64,000 nucleotides of DNA from Nitrososphaerota archaeon (GCA_040290255.1 PSMU01000001.1:224001-288000), one strand, 5' to 3'. Counted from the stretch's first letter, positions 43,086-52,440 are shown. Notes: a model not told the origin generated them from the sequence alone. Numbers and translations are program-made.

Positions 43086-44358
43086 ATTCCCTTATCCTGA
43101 TGAGCCTCTGGTAGGAGCCAAACCTCTCCTCATCATAAGGCACCGTATCGAGCGGCTCCTCGGGCTCCTCGTCCCCCCGAAAGACCTTCAGGAGCCTGTA
43201 GGTCGTGCTCCTCTCCGCGGGCACCCTGCCCATCTCCCTGATAAGGCGCCGGAACTCCTTCGGCCTCATGAGCTGGCCGTAGGAGGCGCCCGCGGCCGTG
43301 GAGATGCTCTCGTTGATGAGCGTGCCGCCCAGGTCGTTGGCGCCGGCGTTAAGGCAGAGCTGGGCGAGCTTGGGCCCCTCCTTGACCCAAGAGACCTGCA
43401 GGTTCCTGATGTGGCGGTTCAGCATGATGCGGGCCACGGCGTGGACCTTGAGCACCTCCGCCCCGCTCGCCCCCTTCCTAAGGCCCCTTATCGGCTTGCC
43501 CGCCACGCGCCCAAGCTTATACATGGGCGCCTCCCAGTACATGAAGCTCAGCGGCACGAACTCCGTAAAGCCCCCCGTTTCCTTCTGGATCTCCCTGATG
43601 AGCGCTATGTGGCGCGCCTGCTGGCTGGGCGTTTCGAGGTGCCCGAACATCATCGTGGCCGTCGTGGGGAGGCCCAGCCGGTGGGCCGCCTTTATTATGC
43701 GCACCCATTCGTCCGTCCTTATCCTGCCAGGGGATATGTAATCCCTGAGCTCATCGTCCAAGATCTCCGCGGCCGTCCCCGGCAGGCTGCCCAGCCCCGC
43801 CTCCTTGAGGGCCTTCAGGTACTCCTCCACGCCGACGCCCGCGAGCGAGGCGCCGTACTTTATCTCCTCGGGCGAGAAGGCATGAATGTGCAGGTCGGGC
43901 AGCTCGGCCTTTATGGCCCTGCAGATCTTTTCATAAAAATAGGGGTCAAGCTTGGGCGGCAACCCTCCCTGTATGCAGACCTCGGTCGCTCCCAGCGCCC
44001 AGGCCTCCTTGGCCCTCCTGACGATCTCCTCCAGCGGCAGGAAGTAGCCCTCCTCGGACCTGAAGTCCCTGCTGAAGGCGCAGAAGCCGCAGCGCTTTAT
44101 GCAGACGTTGGTATAGTTGATGTTCCTGTTGACGACGTAGGTGACGATATCGCCCACGCGGCTCCTCCTCAGCTCATCGGCCACCAGCGCGATAAAGGTC
44201 AGCTCGCGGCCCTGGGCCTGCAGCAGCTGCGCGCCCTCTTCGGCCGAAATTTCATGGCCCAAGAGCGCCTTCTCTAGGATGGATGCTATGGCGGGGTCGA
44301 GCTGGCCTAGGGCGTCGGCCAGGAAGGAGGCCGGGCCCCCGCTTCCCTCCTGCTTCAC
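43027..44358 (-). CDS. cofH: FO synthase subunit CofH
   Basis: YVVNRNINYTNVC...CGFC, EVC.QGG, HAFSP.E, PGTAAEIL and ANDLGGT..NESI motifs. Confidence 0.93.
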   Translation of the reverse strand: MKQEGSGGPASFLADALGQLDPAIASILEKALLGHEISAEEGAQLLQAQGRELTFIALVADELRRSRVGDIVTYVVNRNINYTNVCIKRCGFCAFSRDFRSEEGYFLPLEEIVRRAKEAWALGATEVCIQGGLPPKLDPYFYEKICRAIKAELPDLHIHAFSPEEIKYGASLAGVGVEEYLKALKEAGLGSLPGTAAEILDDELRDYISPGRIRTDEWVRIIKAAHRLGLPTTATMMFGHLETPSQQARHIALIREIQKETGGFTEFVPLSFMYWEAPMYKLGRVAGKPIRGLRKGASGAEVLKVHAVARIMLNRHIRNLQVSWVKEGPKLAQLCLNAGANDLGGTLINESISTAAGASYGQLMRPKEFRRLIREMGRVPAERSTTYRLLKVFRGDEEPEEPLDTVPYDEERFGSYQRLIRIREFRFSELLGQGLGQQRAQER

Positions 44359-45566
44359 TCCAGCACCTCCCTCCGGGCGAAGCCGTCCTCGCCCGCCGCC
44401 GCGTAGATCGCCTCGCGCAGGCCCTCGGGGAGGTACTCTCTCTTCCTCAGTATGAAATCGGGATAGATGGGCAGCCTGTGCCTTAGCCTAGAGCCCTTCG
44501 CCTCCGTCTGGCGCCTTAGGGCTGAGATGCTGGGCCAGGGGGCCTCGGGATTGACATAATCGGCCGTAAGGGGCGATATGCCGCCCCAGTCGTTGATGCC
44601 CGCATCCAGATAGGCCGCATAGCCCTCGGTGAGGTTGGGAGGGGCCTGCACGTTTACCTCTCCTGGCAAGATGAGCCGGGCCAGCGCTATCGCCCTGAGC
44701 ATGTACTCTTGGCTCGGCTCGGGGTGGAGGGCCATGGGCGTGCCCGGCTTGGCGCGGAAGTTCTGTATGATGACCTCCTGAATGTGGCCGTAGCGCTCGT
44801 GAAGCTCCCTTATCGCAAAGAGCCCGTCCACCAGCTCCTCGGGGTACTCCCCTATTCCCAGGAGCAGCCCGGTGGTGAATGGTATCCTCAGCCTGCCCGC
44901 ATTTTCCAGGACGGCCAGCCGAGCCCTGGGATGCTTGCTCGGCGCGCCTTCATGGGGCCCCCCTGGCCGGCAGAGCCTTTCGCTGACGCTCTCCAGCATC
45001 AGGCCCAGGCTGGCGTTCACCTGCTTGAGCTCCTTCATCTCCTCGTACCTCATCGTGCCCGGGTTCGAGTGGGGGAGCAGCCCCGTCCTCTTCACCACCT
45101 TCTCGCACATATCCCGTAGGTACTCTATGAAGCTCGCGTAGCCGAGGCGCCGCAGCCACGCCTTTGCCTCGGGGTACCTCTGCTCCGGCCTCTCGCCCGT
45201 CATGAAGAGCGCTTCGGTGCAGCCGGCCCTGCGCCCCCACTCCGCCACCGTTAGCACCTGTTCGGGGAGCAGCGAGCGGGCGCCCGGCGCGCCCGGCTCC
45301 TTCCTGTAGGCGCAGTAGCCGCAGACGTCGCGGCAGAGGTTGGTGAGGGGTATGAAGACCTTCCTGGAATATGAAACGATCCCCGCCTTATGCAGCAGGC
45401 GCTTGCGCGCGGCCGCCCGCAGCAGCGCCGGGCCCACGAGGGCCCACGGCATCTTAGCGAGGGCATACGCCTCTCCCCTTTCCAGCGCGCCCCCCTCCTC
45501 ACACCTCTCCAGGGCCTCCCGCAGCGGGCCGGGCAGCGCGCCCAAGGGCACTTCCCTTAAGCTCAA
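44355..45566 (-). CDS. cofG: FO synthase subunit CofG
   Basis: FIPLT.LCRD.C.YC, EALF..GE.P, PH.NPG, SLGLMLE, QAPPNL and DWGGISP motifs. Confidence 0.93.
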   Translation of the reverse strand: MSLREVPLGALPGPLREALERCEEGGALERGEAYALAKMPWALVGPALLRAAARKRLLHKAGIVSYSRKVFIPLTNLCRDVCGYCAYRKEPGAPGARSLLPEQVLTVAEWGRRAGCTEALFMTGERPEQRYPEAKAWLRRLGYASFIEYLRDMCEKVVKRTGLLPHSNPGTMRYEEMKELKQVNASLGLMLESVSERLCRPGGPHEGAPSKHPRARLAVLENAGRLRIPFTTGLLLGIGEYPEELVDGLFAIRELHERYGHIQEVIIQNFRAKPGTPMALHPEPSQEYMLRAIALARLILPGEVNVQAPPNLTEGYAAYLDAGINDWGGISPLTADYVNPEAPWPSISALRRQTEAKGSRLRHRLPIYPDFILRKREYLPEGLREAIYAAAGEDGFARREVLE

Positions 45567-45619
45567 GGTGGGCCTAGGCCTACTGGCCCGGCTTTAATAG
45601 CATATGGCCCGCCATGGGC

Positions 45620-46105
45620 CTAGCTGAACCTCAGTAGGGAGCCCAGCAGCGCGAGCAGCAGGGTGAGAAGCAGCGCGGCCCAGCCCGCCGCGATCAGCCT
45701 CCTGCGATACGAGGGGGGCACGGGCCCATTTGGGGGCCAGGCAAGCCGGCGCGCGGCGCGAGAGTGATACTCCACGACCGCCAGAAGGGCTAGGGTGACC
45801 AGCAGCTTGAGCAGGAACAGCTGCCCGAAGGGGGTGGAGTAAAAGGAAAGGGCAAGGAGCGGGCTCAGGCCGTTGAAGCGCAGGAGCACGTTCCCCAGCC
45901 CGGCCAGAACAGCTACGTACAGCGAATACCTGAGCGGCCTCTGCATCCTCCTGCCCACGTAGGAGGTGACCTGCGCGGCCTGCTGCGGCGCCAACAGGGC
46001 TCTAAGGGTCCTATTCATTATGACGGTAAAGACAAGGCCGCCCAGCCAGATCGAGGCCGCGGCCACGTGCAGCCACTTGACTAGCACGAAGACCCAGGGC
46101 AGCAT
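45620..46105 (-). CDS. CopD-like 4-TM membrane protein
   Basis: WLH..A...WLGG and G.....KL patterns. Confidence 0.6.
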   Translation of the reverse strand: MLPWVFVLVKWLHVAAASIWLGGLVFTVIMNRTLRALLAPQQAAQVTSYVGRRMQRPLRYSLYVAVLAGLGNVLLRFNGLSPLLALSFYSTPFGQLFLLKLLVTLALLAVVEYHSRAARRLAWPPNGPVPPSYRRRLIAAGWAALLLTLLLALLGSLLRFS

Positions 46106-46247
46106 GCGAGGCGCTGGGGCCGAGACGCGATTAAAAACCTGCCGGCGGCGAAAACCCCTTTTGCGGCCATTTGCAGCGCTCAGGCAGCGGGCGGAGCCGG
46201 ATTTGGGCCATCAGCTTAAAAGCCACCCGAGGGCACCCTGGCCAGCC

Positions 46248-47378
46248 GTGGAGGAGATAGCGAGGAGGTACTACGAGGAGAAGGTCCGCGAGTTCAAGCT
46301 CAGCGAGAGCCAGGAGCGCGAAAGGGCCCGACTCCTCTCTAGGCCGGTGAAGCCCGTGGACCTCGAAAGGGTCAGGACGATCCGGGAGCTGGTCGAGGCC
46401 TGGAAGGGCTGCGGCATACAGGCCCGCTCGCTCGCCGAGTGCGCGCAGGTGTATGAAGCGATGCTCGGCGATCCGGTGAGGCCCACCATCTTCCTTGGCC
46501 TCTCAGGGGCGCTATTGGCTGGAGGGCTCAGGAAGGTCATCAGGGACATGATAGAGTACGGGCTGGTCGACGTCGTCGTGCTCACGGGGGCGATCGCGTA
46601 CCAGGACTTCTACAATGCGCTCGGCTTCCATCATTACAAGGGCTCCCCCTATGCCGACGATGCTAGGCTCAGGGACCTGCTGATCAACCGCATCTATGAT
46701 TCGTATGTGGACGAGAGGGGCTTCGTCTACGCCGACAGCCTGGTGGCGGAGTTCGCCAGCCGCCTGGAGCCAAGGGAGTATTCGACGCGCGAGTTCCTGG
46801 AGCTGCTGGGCAGGGAGGTGAAGGATGAGCTGTCGATCCTGCGCGCCGCAAGCCGGCACGGCGTGCCCATCTTCTGCCCCGCCATCGCCGACAGCTCGAT
46901 AGGCATCAGCCTGGCCTCGGCATACAGGAAGGCCAGGCAGGAGGGGAGGCCCTTCATGAGCCTGAGCGTGCTTAGGGACAACTATGAAATAGGGCAGATC
47001 GTGCTCAAGTCCAAGAAGAGGGGCGCGATCTACATAGGCGGCGGCGTGCCCAAGAACTACATCAATGACGCCGCCGTGATGTTCACCTACACGGGCGGCC
47101 ATCATTATGCCTTCCAGCTGGTCACGGATGCCCCCCACTGGGGAGGCCTGAGCGGCAGCACGCTCGACGAGGCCAAGTCCTGGGGCAAGATGGACAAGAG
47201 CCTCACCAGGGCCACGGCCTACGTTGAGGCGACGGTGGGCCTGCCGCTCGTGGTGGGCTATGTCCTTCAGGGTGAGGCCTGGAAGGGCAGGAGGAGGCTA
47301 CGGTTTGTTTGGGAGGGGGAGGAGCTCAGGGCCATAGCGCCCGGCGAGGAGGTGGGCCAGCCTGCTGAGGATAGATGA
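46248..47378 (+). CDS. dys: Deoxyhypusine synthase family protein
   Basis: RIYD, PA..DS.IG, GGGVPKN, GGLSGS..EA.SWGK (active-site Lys) and EAT..LP motifs. GTG start at 46248, after a TATA-like box. Confidence 0.85.
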   Translation: MEEIARRYYEEKVREFKLSESQERERARLLSRPVKPVDLERVRTIRELVEAWKGCGIQARSLAECAQVYEAMLGDPVRPTIFLGLSGALLAGGLRKVIRDMIEYGLVDVVVLTGAIAYQDFYNALGFHHYKGSPYADDARLRDLLINRIYDSYVDERGFVYADSLVAEFASRLEPREYSTREFLELLGREVKDELSILRAASRHGVPIFCPAIADSSIGISLASAYRKARQEGRPFMSLSVLRDNYEIGQIVLKSKKRGAIYIGGGVPKNYINDAAVMFTYTGGHHYAFQLVTDAPHWGGLSGSTLDEAKSWGKMDKSLTRATAYVEATVGLPLVVGYVLQGEAWKGRRRLRFVWEGEELRAIAPGEEVGQPAEDR

Positions 47379-48369
47379 GGAGCAGCTGGTAAGGCTGCTC
47401 TTGGAAAGGAAGCCGCGGCGCGTGTTGCTGAGCGCGCCCGACGGACTTCTTAATCAATTGGCCGCCCTCGCCTCGAGGCTCGAAAAGCAGGGCGGCGTCG
47501 AGCTGGTGCTCTGGGCCGAGCCCACCTACGGCTCCTGCGATACCCTAGATTATGTGGCCGACCTGCTGGGCGCGGACCTTGCCGTGAACGTGGGCCACAC
47601 CATCTCCCTGCCCAGGCTGGGCAGGAAGACGTACTTCGTGGATGCATTCGATGACGTCGACTTTGGGCCCGTGCTGGAGAAGGCCCTGCCCCTTCTGAGG
47701 CGATACTCCAGGGTCGCCCTGGTGACGAGCAGCCAGCACCTGCCCGCGCTGGAGAAGGCCGCCCGCTTCCTGTCCGAGAGGGGCCTTGAGCCCCTCGTGG
47801 GAAGGGGGAGAGGGCAGCTCAGGGCGGGCCAGGTCTTCGGGTGCGAGTTCCATACGCTCGACGTGGCGAAGGATGCGGAGGCGGTCTGCTTCCTGGGCCA
47901 AAGCCGCTTTCATGCCGTGGCCGTGGCCCTGGCCTCGAACAGGCCCACCTACATGCTTGATCCTTATGAGGTCGAGGTGGTGGAGGTCACGGAGGAGGCC
48001 CAGCGCTTCTACAGGAGGGCCGTGCTCAGCGTGCTCAAGGCGCGGGACTGCCAGCGGTTCGGCGTGCTAGTGGGCCTGAGGGAAGGGCAGCTGGACATGA
48101 AGGCGGCGCTCTTCGTCAAGGCGGAGCTGGAGAAGAGGGGAAGGGAGGCGCTGCTCCTGGCGCTTCACGAGATCACCGAGGCGAGGCTGGCCCTTTTCAG
48201 GGAGCTGGAGGCCTTCATCGACACCGCCTGCCCTAGGATCGCCATCGATGACCACTTTACGAGGCCCCTGCTCTCCATGCCCCAGGCCCGCGCGCTGTTC
48301 TCCCTCTGGGATGGGGCCCCGCCGGAGCGGGTCTTCGAGGCCTTCCTCAGCCTTCCTCACTGGCTCTAA
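47362..48369 (+). CDS. dph2: Diphthamide biosynthesis enzyme Dph2
   Basis: PDGL, YGSCD, GH, GQVFGC, G.S.FH and ACPR...D motifs. The N-terminus probably extends to CTG 47362 (the ORF track starts at TTG 47401). Confidence 0.9.
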   Translation: MLRIDEEQLVRLLLERKPRRVLLSAPDGLLNQLAALASRLEKQGGVELVLWAEPTYGSCDTLDYVADLLGADLAVNVGHTISLPRLGRKTYFVDAFDDVDFGPVLEKALPLLRRYSRVALVTSSQHLPALEKAARFLSERGLEPLVGRGRGQLRAGQVFGCEFHTLDVAKDAEAVCFLGQSRFHAVAVALASNRPTYMLDPYEVEVVEVTEEAQRFYRRAVLSVLKARDCQRFGVLVGLREGQLDMKAALFVKAELEKRGREALLLALHEITEARLALFRELEAFIDTACPRIAIDDHFTRPLLSMPQARALFSLWDGAPPERVFEAFLSLPHWL

Positions 48370-48411
48370 AGTAAAAGGCATATTAGGAGGGCCGACATTA
48401 TATATGCGGGT

Positions 48412-48861
48412 ATGTCCAAGAGGCCCGTCCCCAAGCTGATGCCCGAGGAGTTCGCGGCCAAGTATCTCTACCCTAGGATAAGGGCCATGCTCGCTAAGAT
48501 CCTCATGGAACGCCTGCACCTCTCCCAGAAGGAGGCGGCCGAGAGGCTGGGGATCACGCAGGCCGCGATAAGCCAATACCTCTCGGGCAAGAGGGGCAGC
48601 TGGAAGGGACTCCTGCTCGACTCCAGGGCCCTCGAGCTCACCGAGCAGCTGGGGCAGGAGATCATCGAGAAGGGGCTGGACAAGTACTCCATCGTGCTGA
48701 AGATGAGCGCGCTCGTGGAGTACTTACTCGCCAACAGGTGCGCCTGCACCATACACCAGCTGCACGAGCCCGAGCTGGACATCGATAGGTGCCACATCTG
48801 CGACGGGCGCACGGGCCTCCTGCTGAAGCCCCGCCCGCCGGGGGAGCCCTTACATGGCTGA
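48412..48861 (+). CDS. XRE-type HTH transcriptional regulator with C-terminal Cys/His cluster (COG2522-like)
   Basis: P.E......P.IR..LA, SQ..AA..LG.TQAA.SQY..GKRG and C..H...C..C motifs. Confidence 0.85.
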   Translation: MSKRPVPKLMPEEFAAKYLYPRIRAMLAKILMERLHLSQKEAAERLGITQAAISQYLSGKRGSWKGLLLDSRALELTEQLGQEIIEKGLDKYSIVLKMSALVEYLLANRCACTIHQLHEPELDIDRCHICDGRTGLLLKPRPPGEPLHG

Positions 48862-48973
48862 GCGGGAGCCGGACGAGGAGGAGCTGGAGCTCCTCGAGGA
48901 GGTGGAGAAGAAGGAGAAGGCGAGGAGGCGCACGAGGGGGCCCTACCGCAAGGCCTCGAGCAAGGGGACTTAG
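48854..48973 (+). CDS. 39-aa small protein (acidic N-terminus, RRRTRGPYRK C-terminus)
   Basis: MAEREPDEEELELLEEVEKKEKARRRTRGPYRKASSKGT; follows a GGGGAG SD; host-like codon usage. Confidence 0.65.
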   Translation: MAEREPDEEELELLEEVEKKEKARRRTRGPYRKASSKGT

Positions 48974-49003
48974 CTTTTTAAATTCCGACGCCGGCTATCC
49001 CCC

Positions 49004-49387
49004 GTGCTGAGCCGAGAGGCCGTGCTGGAGGACCTCTGCCGGGAGCTCTTCAAGCTGGACCGGCGCATTAGGTATGCCGCGGTCATGGATACGCAGGGCA
49101 AGGTGAAGGCGGGGGGCATGAGGAGGGGCGTGAGGTCGCTCGAGCCCAGGTCCGAGGAGCTGAGGCTGCAGGTCTACCTCCTGAGCCTGAGCGGCATTAA
49201 CGACAGCTGGACGCCCTACTATGGTAGGGTGCTCTTCAGCGTCGTGCGCAGGGAGCTGCTGATCATAGGCGTCTTCCCGGTAGGCGAGGATATCGTGGTC
49301 GTGAGCGCTGAGCCGGACTTTCCGCTGGAGGGCTTCGTGAGGATTAGGGACCTGGTGCTGGAGCGCATGGGAGCGCCGCGCGCATGA
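49004..49387 (+). CDS. Thaumarchaeal-type small protein (DUF6659/roadblock-like)
   Basis: C..L..LD..IRYA......G....GG.R.G pattern. Confidence 0.7.
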   Translation: MLSREAVLEDLCRELFKLDRRIRYAAVMDTQGKVKAGGMRRGVRSLEPRSEELRLQVYLLSLSGINDSWTPYYGRVLFSVVRRELLIIGVFPVGEDIVVVSAEPDFPLEGFVRIRDLVLERMGAPRA

Positions 49388-49920
49388 AGGCGGGCCTGCT
49401 GCCCTTTCTTCAGCTGGCGAGGAGGCTAAAGGAGGTGCCCAGGAGGGGCTGGGCGCTCAAGCTGGGCCATCCTCAGCCCGAGTCGGTGGCGGAGCATAGC
49501 TATATGGTCGCGCTGCTCGCAGCCCTGATGGCGATGGAGAGAGGATTGGATGCGGGCGAGGCTTCGCTGATGGGCCTCCTGCACGACCTTCATGAAGCCA
49601 TAACTGGCGATAAGGTTCCTGGGGAGGCGAGGGCGCCTGGAGAGGAGCTCAGGGCGGCGGAGCGCCTCTTCTCCCTGCTTCCGCCGGGGCTTCGACAACG
49701 CCTTCAGCGCCTCTGGCTCTCCTACTACAGGGAGGAGGGGGAGCTGGCGCGGCTGGTGGGAGAGGCGGATGCGCTGGAGATGGCCCTTCAGGCCCAGGCC
49801 TATGAGGAGGAGGGATATGGCCGAGGCGCGCTACGGGAATTCCTCGAAAGCGCCTCCTCCAGGCTAAGCTCGCCCCGGGCCCGCCGGCTCCTTAGGCAGT
49901 TAACTAAAAAGAGAGGTTAG
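49384..49920 (+). CDS. HD-domain hydrolase (YfbR-like 5'-deoxynucleotidase)
   Basis: LK...R.GW, ESVAEHS, LHD..E...GD and AD.LE motifs. Confidence 0.88.
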   Translation: MKAGLLPFLQLARRLKEVPRRGWALKLGHPQPESVAEHSYMVALLAALMAMERGLDAGEASLMGLLHDLHEAITGDKVPGEARAPGEELRAAERLFSLLPPGLRQRLQRLWLSYYREEGELARLVGEADALEMALQAQAYEEEGYGRGALREFLESASSRLSSPRARRLLRQLTKKRG

Positions 49921-49923
49921 GGC

Positions 49924-50103
49924 TTAGGTGAGGCCGAGGTCAGGGAAGCTGCTCAGCTGAAGGCCCAGCTCCTTTTGCAGGGCCCTGATGCGCTCCGCGT
50001 ACAGCTTCATGCGCTGCTTATCGTTCTGGCTCTTCGCTATCTTATAGGCCTTCCAAGCCTTCTTCAGTGCGCCCCACGTCTGGCCTTTCGTGTACTGGGG
50101 CAT
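49924..50103 (-). CDS. Small basic hypothetical protein (thaumarchaeal-type)
   Basis: YTKGQTWGALKKAWKAYKIAK...LQKELGL...FP; TATA-like box about 25 nt upstream. Confidence 0.7.
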   Translation of the reverse strand: MPQYTKGQTWGALKKAWKAYKIAKSQNDKQRMKLYAERIRALQKELGLQLSSFPDLGLT

Positions 50104-50129
50104 GTCATGGGGCACATGAGACGAGGTAT

Positions 50130-51347
50130 TTAAGCTATTCGAGCGGCGCGGGCCTCCAGGGCCTTATCTTGGGCCTTCGCGGGCCGAAGGGCCGCACAGC
50201 TCAGCTCATAGACGGCCAGCTCGGCGAGCGTCTCGGCCACGATCGCGTCCAGGCCTATTTTCTCCTCTTCCTTCAGCAGCCGCTCGGCCCTTGCCCTTGT
50301 CTCGGGGTGCCTCGCGATGAGCGAGCAGCAGTCCTTGTAGGGCTGCAGCGATAGCTCGTATGTGCCTATCTGCCTTGCCAGCGCCACGATCTCCTTCTTA
50401 TCATAGGTGAGCAGCGGCCGCAACACGGGCAGCGGGAGCAGATAGCTCTGCGCGGCGAGGTTCTGCAGCGTCTGCGAGGCCACCTGCGCCAGCCCGTCGC
50501 CCGTGGCCAAGGCTTCATAGCCGTAGCGCCTCGCCAGCTCCGCGCCCAGCTTGAGCATGAACCTCTTGAAGAGCACAAGCTCGAGCCCCTCGCTCGCCCT
50601 GAGCGAGGCGAGCTGATAGCGGTGATACGGGGCCAAGAAGACCTTGCCCTCCGCCCCATATTCGGAGAGCCTGAGCAGGATCCTGCCCACCTTGCCGCTC
50701 AGCGCCTCCTCCGCGCTCCCATAGGCGTACAGGTGCAGGAAGCCCAGCTGGCAGCCCCTCTTCATCAGCAGCCAGCCGGCGACGGGCGAGTCTATGCCCC
50801 CGGAGAGCAGCAGCAGCACCCTTCCGCTCACGCCCGCGGGCAGCCCCCCCGGGCCCCTTATCCTCTCGCCGTAGAGCAGGCAGAGGTCGCTCAGCACCTC
50901 CACGTGGAAGGTCCTGCCCGGCTCCTTAAGGCTCACGCGCCAGCCCGTGGCCTGCCTTAGGTCCTGGCCCAGGCGAGAGGCCAGCTCGGGCGAGGTCAGC
51001 GGGAAGCCCTTATGGGCCCTCTTCACTTCGATTTTAAAGCTGCCGCCCGGCGGCTCGCCCAGGGCCCTGGCGAGGCCCAGCAGCGCATCCCTCATACCCT
51101 CATAGGAAGGGGGCTTCACCGGCACGGCCGGGGCAAAGTACTCCACGCCGAAGACCTTGGCCAGCGCCTCCCTTACCTTACCATCTTCGCCCTCGCTCCA
51201 GACGAGCAGCCTCCCCGGGAGGCGGGTTACCCTGGCGGGCCCCAGGGGCCTCACGGCCTTCAGCAGGTTCCTGGCCAGGGCGCGCTCGAAGAGCCCCCTA
51301 TTGCCCCCCTTCAGCGCTATCTCGCCGTAGTGGACGACGTAGAGCAT
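50130..51347 (-). CDS. thiI: tRNA 4-thiouridine synthase (THUMP plus PP-loop)
   Basis: YGEI.LKG.NR..F, GGLP.G, SGGIDSPVA, QVASQT..N and DCC motifs. Confidence 0.93.
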   Translation of the reverse strand: MLYVVHYGEIALKGGNRGLFERALARNLLKAVRPLGPARVTRLPGRLLVWSEGEDGKVREALAKVFGVEYFAPAVPVKPPSYEGMRDALLGLARALGEPPGGSFKIEVKRAHKGFPLTSPELASRLGQDLRQATGWRVSLKEPGRTFHVEVLSDLCLLYGERIRGPGGLPAGVSGRVLLLLSGGIDSPVAGWLLMKRGCQLGFLHLYAYGSAEEALSGKVGRILLRLSEYGAEGKVFLAPYHRYQLASLRASEGLELVLFKRFMLKLGAELARRYGYEALATGDGLAQVASQTLQNLAAQSYLLPLPVLRPLLTYDKKEIVALARQIGTYELSLQPYKDCCSLIARHPETRARAERLLKEEEKIGLDAIVAETLAELAVYELSCAALRPAKAQDKALEARAARIA

Positions 51348-51384
51348 TCCGTAGCCTGCCGGAAGGGGGGCGAATATAGGTTTA

Positions 51385-52359
51385 CTATTGATCGTTCATC
51401 AGCGAGACCTCGCCCCCCACCCCACAGGTGAGCGTGGCGAGGCCCAGCGCCCTTATCCTGGCCTCCACGGCCTGCACGTACCTCGGCAGCGTGTTGATGA
51501 AGACGGTGGGCCCCGTCTGGAGGGAGAAGTAGGCCGGGATGCCCTCCTCCCTCATGGCCCTGACCTCCCTCATCACGGCCACTGAGGAGGGCAGCAGCAG
51601 CACGTGCCCTCCGGGCCCCGTCATCGTAACCGCGTGGAGCTCGAGGGCATCGAGCTCCGCCAGCAGGCCCACCCGCTCAAAGTCCCCGGCCCTCAGCGCG
51701 GCCTCCAGCTCCTCGACCCTCCTCTGCGCGCTCTCCACCCGGGCCCTGAAGAAGGGCGAGGCCTCCGCTTCCCTGTGCGCCTGCTCCGTGGAGAACTCCA
51801 GGTAAAGCGGGACGACCACCACCCTCAGGTCGAGCAGCTCACGGCCGCCCAGGCGTATGGCGTAAGAGCTTTCGTGGTCCTGGCCCGCCCTCCACCGGGC
51901 AAAGCCCCCCACCACGCTCCTGCAGGCGGAGCCGGAGAAGAGCCTGGCCAGGGCGGAGATCCTCCTGAGGTCCCAGCCCCACCTGGCCCTTAGCCCATAG
52001 GCTTCGAAGAGCGCGGCCGCCAGGGCCGCGCCCATCGAGCTGGAGAAGCCCAGGCCCTTCGCGCTTATGCCGCTGGGGAAGTTCTGAAAGCTCACGAGGC
52101 AGGAGGCCCTATTGCCTGCCTCCTGCCAGACCCTGCGGAGCACGCCCAGGACCCTCTCCTTGGTCCTGGGGGAGGCGGGGCTGCCCTCGAAGAGGACCTC
52201 GCAGGCCCCCTCGCTGGGCCGCAGCTCGACGCGGGCCCTGCTGCCTATGCCCTCCAAGTTCACGGAGATGCTGTCGTGGTAGGGGATCCTGAGGCCCCAG
52301 TCCTTGAGCCCATGGTACTTTATCAGCCCCTCCATGACGAAGGCCCTGGCCTCGGCCAC
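51385..52359 (-). CDS. mvaD: Phosphomevalonate/diphosphomevalonate decarboxylase (GHMP family)
   Basis: LIKYHG..D..LRIPYHDSIS, GLG.SSS..AA, R..SGSA.RS..GG and TGP motifs. Confidence 0.85.
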   Translation of the reverse strand: MAEARAFVMEGLIKYHGLKDWGLRIPYHDSISVNLEGIGSRARVELRPSEGACEVLFEGSPASPRTKERVLGVLRRVWQEAGNRASCLVSFQNFPSGISAKGLGFSSSMGAALAAALFEAYGLRARWGWDLRRISALARLFSGSACRSVVGGFARWRAGQDHESSYAIRLGGRELLDLRVVVVPLYLEFSTEQAHREAEASPFFRARVESAQRRVEELEAALRAGDFERVGLLAELDALELHAVTMTGPGGHVLLLPSSVAVMREVRAMREEGIPAYFSLQTGPTVFINTLPRYVQAVEARIRALGLATLTCGVGGEVSLMNDQ

Positions 52360-52440
52360 CGCGCCCCTCGCCCCGGCTTATCCTTTTTATCTAAAGAAGT
52401 TAAGTTCGCGGTTATTTAGGGGGCGAGGAAAGGCCGGTGC

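Noticed and set aside
45966-46247. 94-aa N-terminal extension of DHS in the ORF track
   Set aside because: It overlaps the divergent membrane gene and its promoter; a TATA-like box precedes GTG 46248.
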